A stretch of DNA of 56,751 bases, from the IMG/VR virus record IMGVR_UViG_3300023210_000012; one strand, 5' to 3'. The notes beneath the pieces were generated by a model that saw only the letters and a list, made by a program, of their open reading frames with translations, made no database searches and was not told the origin of the DNA. Position numbers and translations under genes: made by a program. The stretch's first letter is position 1. Every line of letters starts with the position of its first letter. Shown here one piece after another: positions 54,605 to 56,751 of this stretch. The stretch comes from an uncultured virus (IMG/VR IMGVR_UViG_3300023210_000012). Taxonomy: Duplodnaviria > Heunggongvirae > Uroviricota > Caudoviricetes.

Positions 54605-54658
54605 TGATGTCCTTGTAGGTATCTTAACTAGTTAACCTAGTGATGCGGTAGTGCCATC

Positions 54659-55201
54659 ATGCGACATATCCTTCTGACAATCGTGCTTCTTACAACCGGC
54701 TGCGGTGCTTTCAAGGAAAGCACTGGAGAGTTCGTCACCGAAGCGGTCGTAGACCACATCGCCGAGGCGGTTGACCTGAAGCTGGAGCGCCGAGGACTGT
54801 CTCGCGAGAAGCTCGTAAAGGTCGCCGACCTCAACAACGATGGCAAGGTCGACATGGCCGAGGTCCGGGAGACTGCGAAGCTCGCGGCCGGTGACCTAGC
54901 CAACGCTTGGGCGGAGAAGCAGCGGAAGGAGTGGGAGAAAGCCACCGAGGACTTGGTCACCCGAGACGAAGAGGCTGGCCTCAAGGGGGACGTTCAGGAC
55001 TTCTGGACGTGGCTGAAGGCGACGATCGGCCTGCTCATCACCACGATCGGTGGCTACCTGACCAAGCAGGTGTTCTCAGCTAAGAGCGATGGTAAGCGAG
55101 ACACTGAGATCGCAAAGGGCGCGGCCCGCCTGGACATGATGGAGAAACTGCTCGGCAAGGACCTGGATGGAGATGGAGACATCGGCGGAGTCGCAGTCTA
55201 G
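54659..55201 (+). CDS. Putative lipoprotein with EF-hand-like loops and a transmembrane helix
   Basis: Lipobox LTTG-C; DLNNDGKVD and DLDGDGDIG. Confidence 0.72.
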   Translation: MRHILLTIVLLTTGCGAFKESTGEFVTEAVVDHIAEAVDLKLERRGLSREKLVKVADLNNDGKVDMAEVRETAKLAAGDLANAWAEKQRKEWEKATEDLVTRDEEAGLKGDVQDFWTWLKATIGLLITTIGGYLTKQVFSAKSDGKRDTEIAKGAARLDMMEKLLGKDLDGDGDIGGVAV

Positions 55202-55437
55202 TCCTCCTCCTGCTCCTCTTCCCAGTCCTCTACTGCCTCAGTCTCGTCCTCTTCGCCACCAGACTTGTGATCCTCCAGGCGTTTGATCCGCTCCTTCAGC
55301 ATGGCTACGCGGTCACCGCGTTCCCAGCCGAGGCAGTCAGGGCACTCCCGTCTCGTGTCGATGACGCAGCCGAAGTGTCCGGTCATTCCAAAGTCACCGG
55401 ACTTCATCTCATGCCCACAGGCGAAGGTGTGACTCAC
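55198..55437 (-). CDS. Small Cys-containing protein with acidic tail
   Basis: GTGA overlap with the HU/IHF gene; CGH...CPDC. Confidence 0.55.
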   Translation of the reverse strand: MSHTFACGHEMKSGDFGMTGHFGCVIDTRRECPDCLGWERGDRVAMLKERIKRLEDHKSGGEEDETEAVEDWEEEQEED

Positions 55438-55742
55438 TCGGCTGATGGCTTGTAGGACTCTGCCAGGCGGGTCTTGAGGGCCTTGCCCACCTTGAAGCCG
55501 CAGACCTTGGTGGCCTTGACCTCGACTGGGGCTCCAGTCTTGGGATTGCGGGCCACACGAGCCTTGCGATCCTTAGGGGTGAACACGCCGAAATCTCGTA
55601 GCTCAACACGCATGTCCTGCGTGAGGCTAGTCCCGATGGTGTCCAAGAATGTGGTGATAGTGTTGGTCACATCTGTCTTGCGAAGCTCAGGGCGCCTCTC
55701 GCAGATACGGTCAATCAGATCACGCTTCGTCATAGTCTTCAT
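55434..55742 (-). CDS. HU/IHF family DNA-binding protein
   Basis: MTKRDLI...VELRDFGVF...ARNPKTG...FKVGKALK. Confidence 0.92.
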   Translation of the reverse strand: MKTMTKRDLIDRICERRPELRKTDVTNTITTFLDTIGTSLTQDMRVELRDFGVFTPKDRKARVARNPKTGAPVEVKATKVCGFKVGKALKTRLAESYKPSAE

Positions 55743-55966
55743 TTAGGTTCCTCTATACTCTCTTTTACCTGGTTTTGGCCCCGTTGCCACTCGATCCCAG
55801 CCTTGAAAGCCTGAGCCACAAACTCAATGACTCCGTTACCTGATGAGCGGTGAATGCTGACATCAATACCGTGTCGCGCTTTGATGTAGTCGGCGATGGC
55901 CTTTTCGACCATGGCTATGCCCTCCCACAGCAACAGTTGTCCCTGACTCTCGCACAGTAGGCGCAA
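55739..55966 (-). CDS. Hypothetical protein (start possibly internal)
   Basis: ATGA overlap with the HU/IHF gene. Confidence 0.5.
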   Translation of the reverse strand: MRLLCESQGQLLLWEGIAMVEKAIADYIKARHGIDVSIHRSSGNGVIEFVAQAFKAGIEWQRGQNQVKESIEEPK

Positions 55967-56059
55967 AAAGTGCTGTTGATCGTGTTCAGCACGCGAGTCC
56001 TGGTTTCCTGGTCTAGTGTCTTCATCCAGAGAACGAAGGTGTCAGCTTTTGCAATGGGG

Positions 56060-56293
56060 TTAATCGAGGTCATATCCCCACAAAGCGTGTATGTCCTCTT
56101 TGGCGCTCAAGACCTCACCGTGGAAGCAGGTCTGACATATCTTCAGCCGCACAGAGACCATGGTCCTCCGACCACAGCTTGTGCAGTTGGTCCGCTTGCG
56201 CTTGAGAGCGCGGAACCTGTTCTGGACGTTCTTGGTCCGCATATCAGCGATGTTCAGGTTGGCCATCATTCTTCCAATTTTCATCGGTATCAA
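56060..56293 (-). CDS. Hypothetical protein with CxxC pairs
   Basis: CTSC...CQTC. Confidence 0.45.
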   Translation of the reverse strand: MIPMKIGRMMANLNIADMRTKNVQNRFRALKRKRTNCTSCGRRTMVSVRLKICQTCFHGEVLSAKEDIHALWGYDLD

Positions 56294-56421
56294 ACGGATC
56301 CAAAGGGCAGTGCTCTTTGGATGGAGTGTAGACAGGTTCGATCCGTTTGGCCGAGGAGTTTGCCGCCAGGACCGTGACTAGTATCAACAGCTGACACGAC
56401 AGGAGGACAAAGAGTGGTTTT

Positions 56422-56628
56422 TTACGCATCAGGGCTCGTCTCCAAGTTTAGGACCGCGAGAACGGATGCGACGTTTAGTCGCAAGCACTCTCTTGGATGG
56501 GCAGGAATACTCTCGTAATGAGAGGACACCTTTCTACCCTGCTGCCTGAGCTCTTTGCACCACGCAGCGTGGGCGGCATAGACTAAACGCATAATATGCG
56601 GATCGTCCAGCCCCTCATCGATCGTCAC
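56422..56628 (-). CDS. Hypothetical protein
   Basis: 68-aa ORF, GTG start with GAGG RBS. Confidence 0.5.
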   Translation of the reverse strand: MTIDEGLDDPHIMRLVYAAHAAWCKELRQQGRKVSSHYESIPAHPRECLRLNVASVLAVLNLETSPDA

Positions 56629-56751
56629 GCTATCCTCGTTTCATGATGTCGTCGTGTAGTGCCCAGTAGTTCAGACAGACGGCTTTGCATCGCTTACAGC
56701 GATAGATCCCGTCCAACTCAATCTTCCCCGGAATGGGCTCGATGCCGTGCT

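Noticed and set aside
1..56751. Stop-codon reassignment
   Set aside because: Long genes are uninterrupted under the standard code and TAG, TAA and TGA all end genes.

Overview
This window is best read as part of a large, GC-rich tailed phage (or prophage) with a contractile tail. It carries a T4 gp20-like portal with a mini-intein, a 977-aa tail sheath, two gp19-like tail tube genes, about 25 kb of modular fibre/decoration genes, a class II ribonucleotide reductase with a LAGLIDADG intein, a DnaX-like clamp loader subunit and an HU/IHF protein. The most striking observations are: (1) a solo TnpB with two of three RuvC catalytic residues substituted, an apparent promoter and an omega-RNA-like 3' end, making it a candidate RNA-guided repressor (TldR-like); (2) a tail tube gene sandwiched between two unrelated free-standing endonuclease genes, one beginning with a copy of the tube gene's 5' end and the other ending with a copy of its 3' end; (3) a free-standing, apparently splicing-dead Hint-HNH gene directly upstream of the intein-bearing portal; (4) a zinc-peptidase/Acb1-like 2H phosphoesterase fusion in the head cluster; (5) a recurring extended -10 plus TGATGC motif upstream of many genes. 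All product calls come from motif recognition by eye; no database searches were run.
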